Source of the DNA: Promethearchaeota archaeon
Lineage (GTDB): Archaea; Asgardarchaeota; Thorarchaeia; Thorarchaeales; Thorarchaeaceae
NCBI GenBank assembly: GCA_027031765.1
Contig: JALVPN010000165.1
Location: forward strand, 7,993-71,992
Length of the DNA stretch: 64,000 nucleotides
Reading direction: 5' to 3'
The first letter of the stretch is position 1; every line of letters begins with the position of its first letter. Positions 38,598 to 48,275 of this stretch are shown piece by piece. The position numbers and the translations under genes are program-made. Under the pieces are notes generated by a model. That model was not told the origin of the DNA. It did not search any database and saw nothing but the letters and a program-made list of their open reading frames with translations.

Positions 38598-40274
38598 GTG
38601 CCACGCAACTGGCTGCACATTGCACGGGCCGAGTTCTATGTCCTGACTGCAAGCCTGCGTCCACACCGACTGCGTGCCGTCGTCATGCTATACGCAATCG
38701 GAGTCCTGTGGGCGGTCTGGGCTGCACCGGCAGTCACTGAGTGGTTTCTCAGCAGCATCGTCCCCCTGGACCAGTTGCGCCCACTGCTGATAGTCCTGGT
38801 ACCCGGGCTCATCCGGTCTGCCGTTGTTGTGGTGTGGTTGATGCTGTTCCTGTTCCCACTGTCCTATGCGCTCCAGGAGATTAAGGTGGGACAATGGGAG
38901 ATCCTCCTCTCGAACAACGTGCGCACACGCGACATACTGCTGGGTACGTTCCTGGGCATGACCCCCGTATATGGGTTCGTCACACTCGTCCTCGCCCCCC
39001 TGCTCGTCGCACCGGTCGTTGTCATATTTGATGTCAGCCCATTGGGGTCCATACTGATGTATACACTGCTGTTCGCATCGGCGCTCCTCGCAATATGGCT
39101 GTCCAACTTTGTGATTGCGGTGGTACAGTCCAAGCTTGGTGACTCTCCACGTGGCAATGACCTTGCAAAGGCCCTCGCCCTGGTGGTCGCACTCGTTGCA
39201 CTCGGGCCATTCTATGGCCTGATGTATTTCGCGCCGGCGATGTCCGAAGTCCTCAGTATGGATGTGTTCTTGGTGTTGCCGTTCTCGTGGATGGCCGACC
39301 TGCTGACATGGGTTGCCATCTCCTTCAGTGGTGCGACCATCGCCGCCCCCCAGATGACGGCAATCCGCAGTGTCCTCGTCCTGGAGCCTGCTGTGCTCGC
39401 AGTCCTCTCTGGTGCGTTCTTTGTCCTCTGCATTGGAGTGGCACTGGCTGCTGCCGACCGCGTGTTCACAATCAGTGCCGGTGCCAGGACGGAGGTGGTC
39501 ACGACAATACGTGGTGAGAACTTCTTCCTGCGTGGCATCCGACGGCTCTTTGCTGGGCCGTTCGGAGTACTGGTCGTGTGCAGTTTCAAGGACTTCTTCA
39601 GGAAGGCACAGAACCTCTCGAAGGTCTTCTACAGCGTTGTCCTGGCCGTGTTGCTCCCCGTCCTCATGCTCACGACAATGGATGAGGGGCCTAGGCCCGA
39701 CGTCGGTGAGATGGTGATGTTCTTGGGCACACTGTTCACCATGACAGGAGTGGTCCCCTTCGTGGGAGTGTCCTTCCTTGAGAGCCGTGACCAGCTCTGG
39801 ACTATTCAGAGCAGTCCCTCGGGTGCCCAACGTTTTGTCATTGCAAGGCTTGTCACATTCGTACTCACGCTTGTCGTCATCTGTACGGTGCCTGCTGTTG
39901 CTTTCGGCATAATCCTTGGCCTCGGCCCACTCGGTACCCTCGGGATGTACCTGTACATAGTGACCGTTGCATCTGGGGGTGCAATGGTCGCGACCGGGAT
40001 CACGGCAAGGAACCCCGACTACGAGGACACCAAGTCTGCGGCCCATCAGACCAACACAATGCTCTCTATCTTCATCCCCATGATTGCAGTGGTCTTCCCG
40101 CTGCTGCTGATGCTTGTTTCCCTCATAATGGGGGTGGGCGATGAGTTCTTGGCGGCTATTGGACCTGAGAACATCGGCCTCTTCGTGATGCTGTCCGGCT
40201 CGGCATCAGTTGTGGTGACTGGTCTGGTGGTCGTCCTCATTGGGGTCCGGTCTCTCGCGGCCCCTGACAAGTGA
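38598..40274 (+). CDS. ABC-2 type transporter permease (large, multi-TM)
   Basis: About 12 TM helices. It lies immediately downstream of the ABC ATPase. The probable GTG start is at 38598. Confidence 0.65.
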   Translation: MPRNWLHIARAEFYVLTASLRPHRLRAVVMLYAIGVLWAVWAAPAVTEWFLSSIVPLDQLRPLLIVLVPGLIRSAVVVVWLMLFLFPLSYALQEIKVGQWEILLSNNVRTRDILLGTFLGMTPVYGFVTLVLAPLLVAPVVVIFDVSPLGSILMYTLLFASALLAIWLSNFVIAVVQSKLGDSPRGNDLAKALALVVALVALGPFYGLMYFAPAMSEVLSMDVFLVLPFSWMADLLTWVAISFSGATIAAPQMTAIRSVLVLEPAVLAVLSGAFFVLCIGVALAAADRVFTISAGARTEVVTTIRGENFFLRGIRRLFAGPFGVLVVCSFKDFFRKAQNLSKVFYSVVLAVLLPVLMLTTMDEGPRPDVGEMVMFLGTLFTMTGVVPFVGVSFLESRDQLWTIQSSPSGAQRFVIARLVTFVLTLVVICTVPAVAFGIILGLGPLGTLGMYLYIVTVASGGAMVATGITARNPDYEDTKSAAHQTNTMLSIFIPMIAVVFPLLLMLVSLIMGVGDEFLAAIGPENIGLFVMLSGSASVVVTGLVVVLIGVRSLAAPDK

Positions 40275-40462
40275 GGTGTGTCACTGCAAGGTGCATACCA
40301 GACGCAACGGCCAGCATGTCTGGTGGGTGTCCATGGTTCCGGCCCGGCCTTGACTTGACTGGCCAATGACCTCGTCAGCTCGTCCGCCCACACCCGCTGC
40401 TCGCGCTCCCGACAGCCGTGTCCCAAGTGATGGGGGTGGTGTGGGCCGGCAATCCGGCCGTT

Positions 40463-41197
40463 TCAGGCTGTGAGCTGGAACGACCATATGTAGAGGGCCA
40501 TCGCTATGACCGAGATGGCGAGCGCAGCGACCACCTGCCGTGGTCTGGGCACACCCGTGGGTCCTGTGACCCGTGTGCGTCCGTACCGCTCAAAGAAGAA
40601 GTATGCGATGGGCAGTGTGACCAGTGCCGCTGCGAACTGGTCAACTATCCAGTGCTGTCGTACTAACAGCGTCGACAGTATCACTGCCAGTGCAACGGGC
40701 CACGCTAGATACCCGTACTCTCTCCTCGCTCTGGACAACGAGTACGCTGCAAGTAGGGATGTCGAGCCATGCAGACTCGGGAAGCAGTTGACATGGACAT
40801 CGGTCTGGTACAGTAGGGCTATCTGCATCGAGAAGAAGTCGGTGCCTGTGACCGTCCTTGGGGGTCCCTGTACCGGGAACAGCAGGTAGATGGCATACGC
40901 CACGAGGCTCACTAGAACGTATGAGGCCAGCATCGCATTCCGGTACTCACGCTGGACGAATGACAGGTATACATAGCTGAAGAAGATGAACGTGTAGAAC
41001 ACGTACCAGTAGATGATGATTGCCGGGGGTACGAGGGGGATGGCAAGGTCTACAGGTGTGGCCAGGGTCACTGCCGTGTGTAGCATGAGTGACAGTTCTG
41101 CTACTGGCGTGTAGAGCAGTGAAACCCCAAAGATGACCAGTATTGCCATTATCCCTTGCAGCACCCAGAGGTACTGGAAACTTGTCGTGCTCGTCAT
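40463..41197 (-). CDS. PAP2-superfamily membrane phosphatase/phosphotransferase
   Basis: 'CFPSLHGSTS' (PSGH-like) and 'RQHWIVD' (SRxxxxxHxxxD-like) in a 6-TM protein. Confidence 0.6.
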   Translation of the reverse strand: MTSTTSFQYLWVLQGIMAILVIFGVSLLYTPVAELSLMLHTAVTLATPVDLAIPLVPPAIIIYWYVFYTFIFFSYVYLSFVQREYRNAMLASYVLVSLVAYAIYLLFPVQGPPRTVTGTDFFSMQIALLYQTDVHVNCFPSLHGSTSLLAAYSLSRARREYGYLAWPVALAVILSTLLVRQHWIVDQFAAALVTLPIAYFFFERYGRTRVTGPTGVPRPRQVVAALAISVIAMALYIWSFQLTA

Positions 41198-41426
41198 CCC
41201 GTCACCACCACTATTACCTCCTGATATACGTTGCGCAGCACCGCTGGGACGGCCCAGTCCGGGACTCCCATGGCGTCGGTGGAACCAGTCGTCCCTGTGG
41301 TGTGCACCAGGTCGGGTTGTGTGGTCGTAGGTGCCGGGTATGAGTTCAATTCGAATTATCTATAAGGCAGCCACATTGTAGCCGTGCCGTCCACGCGGAC
41401 TATACGCAAGGGTGAGGTTACCCAGA

Positions 41427-42668
41427 ATGGATTTCCAAGAGTCAGAGGAAGAAAAGATGTTCCGCGAGGCCGTACGCGAGTTCGCCCAGCGATACGTTGC
41501 ACCGGCCTGGCAGGAATACGACCGCTCACATGAGATCCCGCGCGACCTGATCAAGAAGATGGCGGACATGCAACTGTGGGCCCCTACTGTGTCCGAGGAG
41601 TACGGCGGCGCCGGAATCTCCATGACCATGGCCTGTATTGCCGCGGAGGAGCTCGCTAGGGCCGACCTCTCCATCGCACTACCGGTCATGTACCTCGTTG
41701 AGGCCTCCTGGGCGTTAATATTCGACCTGTACGGCACTCATGAGGCCAAGAGTGAGATACTCCCCAGAGTCACCAAGGGCGACCTCTTCTTCGGCATCGC
41801 CACCACCGAGCCCACCGGTGGCTCCGACCTCGTCAACTCGACCAAGACAACAATCAAGCCAAAGGGTGACAACTTTGTCGTGAACGGCGAGAAGGTCTAC
41901 ATCAGTGGCGTCCGGGAGTCTGAGAAGTACGGCGGTGTCTACTGGACACTCGCAAAGGAAGACCCCAAGGGCGACCACAAGGCATTCACAGCCTTCATCC
42001 TGCCCCTCAACCTGGGCGACGGCCTGCACCCCGGCATCACCACCACGCTCTTCGAGGACATGGGACGCATGGGGGTCTCAACAGGTGGCTTCAATATCGA
42101 GGATGTGGAAATCCCCCCGCACTACATAATCGGTGAGCGCAACCGCGGCTTCTACTATGCAATGGAAGGCTTCTCAGCTGCAAGGGTGCTCATTGGTGCG
42201 ACGTGCCTTGGCTCCGCAGAGGGCGCCTTCCAGATTGGCGTCGACTACGTCAAGCAGCGGAAGCAGTTCGGCAGACCACTCGCGTCCTTCGAGGGGATCA
42301 TGTTCGAGGCTGTCCAGTCATGGATGGCCCTTGAGGCCGACAAGAACCTCGTGTACAAGGCTGCCTGGATGATGGACCAGCACTACCGTGAGAAGAACCC
42401 CAGTATCTCCAAACTCGACATCGCAAAGTACACCGCAGCAGCCAAGTACAGGACACCGCACGATGCCCTCGATATCATCACACGGGCCATGACCTGGCAC
42501 GGTGCCTTCGGCTATACGAAGGAGTGCCCACTTGAGGCCGCATACCGCGGCGTCCGCTCCTACACCATCGGGGCCGAGGGCGGTGCTCACATCCAGCTCA
42601 TTGTCATGGGCCGCGAGATTTTCGGCAAAGAATACCTGCCCTATCGACAGAAGGGGCAGTTCGACTAG
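41427..42668 (+). CDS. Acyl-CoA dehydrogenase
   Basis: 'GIATTEPTGGSDL', 'VVNGEKVYISG', C-terminal 'YTIGAEGGAHIQ' (catalytic Glu region). Confidence 0.85.
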   Translation: MDFQESEEEKMFREAVREFAQRYVAPAWQEYDRSHEIPRDLIKKMADMQLWAPTVSEEYGGAGISMTMACIAAEELARADLSIALPVMYLVEASWALIFDLYGTHEAKSEILPRVTKGDLFFGIATTEPTGGSDLVNSTKTTIKPKGDNFVVNGEKVYISGVRESEKYGGVYWTLAKEDPKGDHKAFTAFILPLNLGDGLHPGITTTLFEDMGRMGVSTGGFNIEDVEIPPHYIIGERNRGFYYAMEGFSAARVLIGATCLGSAEGAFQIGVDYVKQRKQFGRPLASFEGIMFEAVQSWMALEADKNLVYKAAWMMDQHYREKNPSISKLDIAKYTAAAKYRTPHDALDIITRAMTWHGAFGYTKECPLEAAYRGVRSYTIGAEGGAHIQLIVMGREIFGKEYLPYRQKGQFD

Positions 42669-43386
42669 TTCCAGAACGGCCAGAGAGAGGACTACTCCTC
42701 TCTCCTCCCGTTTCTTGTAGATTGCGTCTGCTACTTGGTTACGCGCACGGCGGAACAACATTCCAGGAGTGAACAGTTTTGTGGACGGCTCTCTCACTAC
42801 GCTGCCACTAATGTCCCTGCCCGCGAATGCTGTGTACAAGGTGAACCTCCCACTCAATGCTCCCGAATTCTTGGGCTCACCTCCTTGTGAATCCACAAGA
42901 TGAACAAGAGTTCTCTTGGTGTACATTCTCTAGACTTGGCAACCTGAAACAATGGACTATGTTCGATTTCAAGGCTGAGTCTGCGTACTTCATGTACACA
43001 CCCCATTGGTAGGATTCGATATAATGCCGGGCAATTCAGGGTCTACTGGAAGAAGAACTGGTTGAGCGAGTATATGGTGTCTGAAATGAGGCTTGGGCGT
43101 TGCGTCTGCCCAGACTTCGACATGCAATCCGCCCGTCGTTTCCCCAACTAAGACAAGTAGCCGATATCAACCGCACCAATTCGGAAAAGAATGATTGGGC
43201 TAGGAGCCGCACATGTAGACCCAACCGAAATCCGAACTCAGTTTTCTGAGACTTGGCCTTTTGGATGATGGTAGATGTGCGTTTCACTGTTTTTGAGCAG
43301 ACGAAAGTCCTAAATCTGCTTGCGGAACAGGCCCACTGTGCTCCAATCATGAATTTGCACCCCAATATGGAGGGGATTCTCCTACA

Positions 43387-44994
43387 ATGAGAATTCGCGG
43401 AATCGAGGTATCTAATTTCAGGAGTCTCGTGCACTTCGCAATGAAGGATATCGGGAATTTCAACATTCTCGTCGGCCGGAACGGTGCTGGGAAATCCAAC
43501 ATTCTGGATGCAATTGATGTCTTTCTCACAAGTCTGAAACGATATCCGCAGTTTCAAGATGTGCCAGACAGTTGCTGGACAAGGCAGAGTGATTCATCTG
43601 AAATTTCGTTCTCATTTGAACTTGAGTTCACCAATGAAGAGATTGAGGTTCCTACTGACGCTGGGGAAAACAATGGTTCACCATCAACTCATAGCGTGGT
43701 CATTTCTAGAACCTTGCGTCGAGAACAAAAAGAGTGGAGTCTTCGAACCCTCAGCATCAACGACCAGCCGCTGGTGAAGGATTACCAAGAGCTTGATAGT
43801 AGCGATTCTGCTACAGTAGCGGAAGTCCTAAAGCAGATTGCTGGTGCAGTTTCGAAATCATACAGGCTACTTGGGTTCTCTAGGTTTGTCGCGCCTCAAG
43901 CCTCGACGCCCGGACAACGAGTCCCGGCGATTCCCGCGAACGTTATCAAAGGGATCATCTCACTGGAAACTGCGGAAACCTCTGAAGCAGACAATCAGTC
44001 ATACGAGTTGGAAGAGCAGTTCGAAAGAATGAGTGGTGATACGCTTGCGGTTACTGCCACCTCCATTCGCGTTCGAGAGGGACAAACAAGGATTCCTCTT
44101 GAACTTCTCGGGGTCGGGATTCAGACCACTTTGGGTATGGTACACGACCTCCTGAATCCAACTGGAGTAATTCTCATTGAAGAACCTGAGATTCACCTGC
44201 ATGCCGGTCTTCAACGACAGGTTCTTGAAAGACTGAAGGAAGTTAGTGAGAGGTGTCAAGTTTTCATTACAACGCACTCAACAATATTCTTGGATGAATG
44301 CGAATACGGCTCACTCTGGCATGTCAGAAAGACCGGTGGAGTCACGACCGCAACCCGTGTGGAAGGGCTCGATGACTTGAGAAGCATTGTCCTTGGCCTT
44401 GGCATACGGCCTAGTGATGTACTAGCGGCGAACAGCATACTACTCGTTGAAGGCCTCACCGAGAAGATTGTAATCCCCTTTTGGGCGCGCCTTGTGGGGA
44501 AGAGGTTTGAGCCTCCAAAGGTAAACATTGTTCAAATGGGTGGTGTTGGAACGGGACGCTACCATCTTCATCTTTGGAAACAGATGGTAAGTGCCTTCAA
44601 GATTCCATTTTTCATACTGCTGGACGGTGACGAGGCTGCTAGACGCGAAGCAAAGAAGTTGGAAGAAGAACATGGCGTAAATCCAAGGATGATTTACACT
44701 CTGAAGAAGGAATCAATCGAAGACTACTATCCTGATGACTTGACTATTGAGTGTCTTGAGAACATGCTTTCGCTTCCCCCAGACCAACAGCCGAGCTTGC
44801 ACGAAGAGCTACCTTCCTCAGGCAGAGCACGGCACATTGACAAGTTTATCAAGGGGCACAAGCCCAAATCTGGGCCGAACTGGAAAGTACAACTGGCCAA
44901 ATGTATGGTAGAAAAGATGAGGGCTGAGCACTTGGATGATGAAATCAGGGAACTGATACTACAAATTGATGATGTACTTGGCCAGTCATCGTAA
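43387..44994 (+). CDS. OLD-family nuclease (ABC-type ATPase + C-terminal TOPRIM)
   Basis: Walker A 'GRNGAGKSN', Walker B 'ILIEEPEIHLH', 'TTHS'. The C-terminus has 'ILLVEGLTEKIV' and 'LLDGDEA', the TOPRIM Glu and DxD motifs. It sits in a lower-GC island. Confidence 0.75.
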   Translation: MRIRGIEVSNFRSLVHFAMKDIGNFNILVGRNGAGKSNILDAIDVFLTSLKRYPQFQDVPDSCWTRQSDSSEISFSFELEFTNEEIEVPTDAGENNGSPSTHSVVISRTLRREQKEWSLRTLSINDQPLVKDYQELDSSDSATVAEVLKQIAGAVSKSYRLLGFSRFVAPQASTPGQRVPAIPANVIKGIISLETAETSEADNQSYELEEQFERMSGDTLAVTATSIRVREGQTRIPLELLGVGIQTTLGMVHDLLNPTGVILIEEPEIHLHAGLQRQVLERLKEVSERCQVFITTHSTIFLDECEYGSLWHVRKTGGVTTATRVEGLDDLRSIVLGLGIRPSDVLAANSILLVEGLTEKIVIPFWARLVGKRFEPPKVNIVQMGGVGTGRYHLHLWKQMVSAFKIPFFILLDGDEAARREAKKLEEEHGVNPRMIYTLKKESIEDYYPDDLTIECLENMLSLPPDQQPSLHEELPSSGRARHIDKFIKGHKPKSGPNWKVQLAKCMVEKMRAEHLDDEIRELILQIDDVLGQSS

Positions 44995-45503
44995 CCACTG
45001 GGTTTCCTACAATCTATGCCAAGAGTCGAACCGGATTCCAACGGCCTCCACTCGGTTCAAATGTTAGGGCACGCGCGTATCAACTTGGGAGAGCACCGAC
45101 CACCAAGTTCGGTGTTGAGTGTTGCAAAGAGAACACAGTTTGGGACGGTACAAGCCTACTCAAACCTACTCGTACCGGGTTCCTAAATGTCCAGGCCTAG
45201 GCGTGGAGTCCGTCCGAACCAGTGAACAGCTGTTTCCACTTGTTGTGTTCTGTCGTTGTCCGGCTCATTATGCGATTGCCAATGCAGCCTAGCGGCGGCC
45301 CTGAGATTCCCCGACGCACGGCCCCATTGCCTTAGGTGGATTGGTTCTGTTGGGCACATGCATGTGCCCTTGCCCTCTTGGTCATTCTACGGAGAAACAT
45401 GCATCAACACTTGCTACCCGGTCGCACTTCTGGTTTTGTTCATTGTTCCCAGCTGAACGGAACAAGACCATTCATGGTGGAGTTTCAGAGCCATAGCAGT
45501 GAA

Positions 45504-47261
45504 TCACTTCCAGCGCTTCCTTGCGTACTCAACAATCTTCCTTAGGTCATCGATGCCAGTCGTTCTAGCCCCTTCTCTGATATACAGAATCTTCTTCTGT
45601 TTCTTCAGCATCAAGACCGGTTCATCTGCCGGTCTTACGTCAACACGACAGATTTCTTTGTCGTCAACTTGTGGAAACGTGGTGCGGAAAAACTGTCGGA
45701 ACATACCTTGGACTTGGCTGTTGAACTTCTGAGTCAAGGATCTGTCAAAGGTATCGGAGCTTGGTTCGTGATGAAAGCAGGAGTAGTCTCGCTCTAGGCC
45801 AAGTATCTCCCCGTCATTCCCGACTCCGATAAGGAGTACACCGCCATCCGAGTTCATGAATGCGCAGATTGTCTTTATCACGGGGTCGTATAATTCACTA
45901 TTCTTCCCTTGGAGATTGTAGTCCCACAACATCGATGACTTGAACTCGATGAACTGGGACTCCCCCATCTCTATCAACTCCTCGACAGTGGCCCGTTGGA
46001 CTCTCTCAAGTGATGGTGCCCTTGGCCTTGTGTAGAGGTACAGTGCCGCGCATAGCACGGCAAGTGCCACGCTCCACTCGATGACGCGGTAGACAACCAT
46101 TTGCAGCCTGGTTGTGGGCAAGAATGACTTGGGCACTCTGATAATGTATCCGTTCGTCGTTCCAAGATATAGATGGCCACGATCGTATCCCGGAATGAGG
46201 ATTGACTCAAGAACTTCAGGATACCGGCCCATTGTGAGCTCTTCCCTGCTAATCATTGGAGTGACTGACTGGGCATTGTCATCCAAGTCGATGTATGCAA
46301 GTCCCAATGCTGTGACCACATACAACCGCTTGAGGTCTACATCGATGTCAATAGCGTTCACAACTCTCGATGGCAATCCGTCATCACTCGTCAGGCGAGA
46401 ACGAACTAACGTTGCGCTAGTTCCGTTCTCGTCGAAGATGAATAGTCCCTCATTTGTCCCTATGTAGATTCTATGGGTGAGTTGGTAGTAGTCTATGCAA
46501 CTGACACTTAGAGGGTTCCCTACATCGTCTTGGATATGGCTGAAGTTCACGCCGGTTCTCAGATTGAAGAACGCAAAACCCCTGCCTGTGCCAGCAAGAA
46601 GGCAGTCACCACGCACTTTGAGCGACCGTACATTGTTTGAGGGCAGACCATTCTCAGTTGTGATGTTTCGGGTTTGATACGTGGATGGAGCGTACTCAAC
46701 AACCCCGATCTGCTCGCTTCCAAGGTACAATACGGTGTCTGATCCATTACGGAATGTTTCAATGTCCCGAAACTCTACGTCCTCTCCTATGTTTGGGATT
46801 CGGATGGGATCGAATACTACTCGCTGGTTCTCATAGGACCAGTGCATCCAATAGGCTCCTCCATCTGGTCCATCCGTGACCACGTAGCTTAGCCATCTAT
46901 CCCATGTTGTTCCCATATCGTATACTCTGCTGCCACCTGTTGCACTGTCAACTGAATGAGGCCCAGATACAGAGTTGTTAGAGAGGTTGACATAGTAGAG
47001 ACCGCCTATTCCGTTGAAGGCTATCATAGACTCGGCAGCATCGAGGAATATCATTGGCCTGATGCTGTACCCCGGGAAACCATTATCTACATGTGTCCAC
47101 TGCAGGTCCTCAGAGGCTGGCTGAACAAGCCATCGGTCAACACTGGCCGTAGCAGGGAATACCACCATGAATACTATCACAAGCCTGAGGAATCGCTTGT
47201 CAGACCTTAGTTCTCCGAGTTTCGCAAACACTCCTCCTTGTGCTTTTGTTCTGCCCATCAT
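45504..47261 (-). CDS. Membrane receptor: extracellular Reg_prop beta-propeller, TM, cytoplasmic AlbA_2/Schlafen-like domain
   Basis: N-terminal signal anchor. Sequon-rich repeats carry 'ENGLPSNNVRSL' and 'SDDGLPSRVVNAI' (Reg_prop). A TM helix follows, then 'ESQFIEFKSS...ICAFMNSDGGVLLIGVGNDGEILG' (AlbA_2/PF04326-like). Confidence 0.65.
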   Translation of the reverse strand: MMGRTKAQGGVFAKLGELRSDKRFLRLVIVFMVVFPATASVDRWLVQPASEDLQWTHVDNGFPGYSIRPMIFLDAAESMIAFNGIGGLYYVNLSNNSVSGPHSVDSATGGSRVYDMGTTWDRWLSYVVTDGPDGGAYWMHWSYENQRVVFDPIRIPNIGEDVEFRDIETFRNGSDTVLYLGSEQIGVVEYAPSTYQTRNITTENGLPSNNVRSLKVRGDCLLAGTGRGFAFFNLRTGVNFSHIQDDVGNPLSVSCIDYYQLTHRIYIGTNEGLFIFDENGTSATLVRSRLTSDDGLPSRVVNAIDIDVDLKRLYVVTALGLAYIDLDDNAQSVTPMISREELTMGRYPEVLESILIPGYDRGHLYLGTTNGYIIRVPKSFLPTTRLQMVVYRVIEWSVALAVLCAALYLYTRPRAPSLERVQRATVEELIEMGESQFIEFKSSMLWDYNLQGKNSELYDPVIKTICAFMNSDGGVLLIGVGNDGEILGLERDYSCFHHEPSSDTFDRSLTQKFNSQVQGMFRQFFRTTFPQVDDKEICRVDVRPADEPVLMLKKQKKILYIREGARTTGIDDLRKIVEYARKRWK

Positions 47262-48160
47262 ACAGCCCCCAGAAACCATAGAACAGCATAGGTTGCATTT
47301 ATCGTGGCATGTAGAGCCCATGGTTGTGTCAGGTTCTCAGACAAAAGCCACACCATACCCAGCAGAATCCCTAGCCCAAACCTCGTTATGAACGCCGCAA
47401 GAACCGAACCTACCGGATCGAAGATATTACCAACGTACTGGGCGTTAGTGAACAGATGACAAACCGCAAAGAGAGAAGAAGCTAGCAACAGCCCTATGGG
47501 CTTGCTCCGGAATCTCTCGGACAGGCGCTGTTGGACTATAGCCCTGTTGACCAGCTCCTCGACAAATCCAATAATGACCCCTCCGTAGACCACTAGTCCC
47601 ATGAGCCCGACTAATCGCTCAGGGCTGGCAAGGGTTGGGAATTGGTCAATGACCGGCAACAATCGAATTCCAAAGGATATCATGATTACTACCAGCAGGA
47701 AGATAGGCAGGCTACTGGTCCTCCAAGGTTCTCCACCTCGGATTCCCAGTGATTCCAATGAGTAGCCAAAACCACGCCAGAAGATCACGGCAATCGCCAG
47801 ACCTGTAAGGAGAATGGCAATGCTGGCAGAAAGGATGTCAAGGCTTGGAAAGAAACTGAAGAACCACCATCCAACATCGAGATAGATCACTAAAGCGAGT
47901 ACTGCCTCTTCAATAGGGTTTCTAGACAGCTTCTCAGGTCGCTTCAGGTGCTGGCTGTGACTCCACAGAAGTGCGCTGCATCCAATGACATTCAATGCCC
48001 CAAGCACGACAATGTATGATTCAGAATACATGATTGCATATGCCAAACTCGAGGATGTCACCAGAGCCGCCAAGAGAATGATCGCCTTGATATCGCGAGG
48101 GTTCAGTTGAGTTTGTTGCTCCTCTGCCACCTTCGTCACCCCTGCTGGGTGACCCCCCAT
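47258..48160 (-). CDS. CPBP-family intramembrane metalloprotease (CAAX protease/Abi-like)
   Basis: Motif 1 'GFVEELVNRAIV', motif 'FAVCHLF', terminal 'HATINA'. An ATGA-type 4-nt overlap with the downstream receptor gene indicates an operon. Confidence 0.7.
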   Translation of the reverse strand: MGGHPAGVTKVAEEQQTQLNPRDIKAIILLAALVTSSSLAYAIMYSESYIVVLGALNVIGCSALLWSHSQHLKRPEKLSRNPIEEAVLALVIYLDVGWWFFSFFPSLDILSASIAILLTGLAIAVIFWRGFGYSLESLGIRGGEPWRTSSLPIFLLVVIMISFGIRLLPVIDQFPTLASPERLVGLMGLVVYGGVIIGFVEELVNRAIVQQRLSERFRSKPIGLLLASSLFAVCHLFTNAQYVGNIFDPVGSVLAAFITRFGLGILLGMVWLLSENLTQPWALHATINATYAVLWFLGAV

Positions 48161-48275
48161 CTCCCCAAAGAAAAAGCTTGTGCGTCTGAAGCAGCACCAT
48201 ACAGCTCTCGAGTTGGTGGTCTGGCGAGTCTTCCCGTGCAAAGGACTCAAATACTAAGGCAGCTTAGTACTAATC

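Noticed and set aside
38688-40046. 452-aa minus-strand ORF rich in His/Cys/Asp/Glu
   Set aside because: It is entirely antisense to the ABC-2 permease. Its composition is the mirror of a hydrophobic gene, and the permease is supported by operon context with the ABC ATPase.
42318-42926. 202-aa minus-strand ORF at the 3' end of the acyl-CoA dehydrogenase
   Set aside because: It is antisense to a strongly supported ACAD gene.
43036-43557. 173-aa minus-strand ORF overlapping the OLD nuclease start
   Set aside because: It overlaps the Walker A region of the OLD gene on the opposite strand, and it has no motifs.
45018-45075. T-loop-like 'GGTTCAAAT' / 'GTCGAACCGGATTCC' strings in the OLD-receptor intergenic region (possible tRNA integration site)
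   Set aside because: I could not build acceptor or T stems around them on either strand, so no tRNA is claimed.
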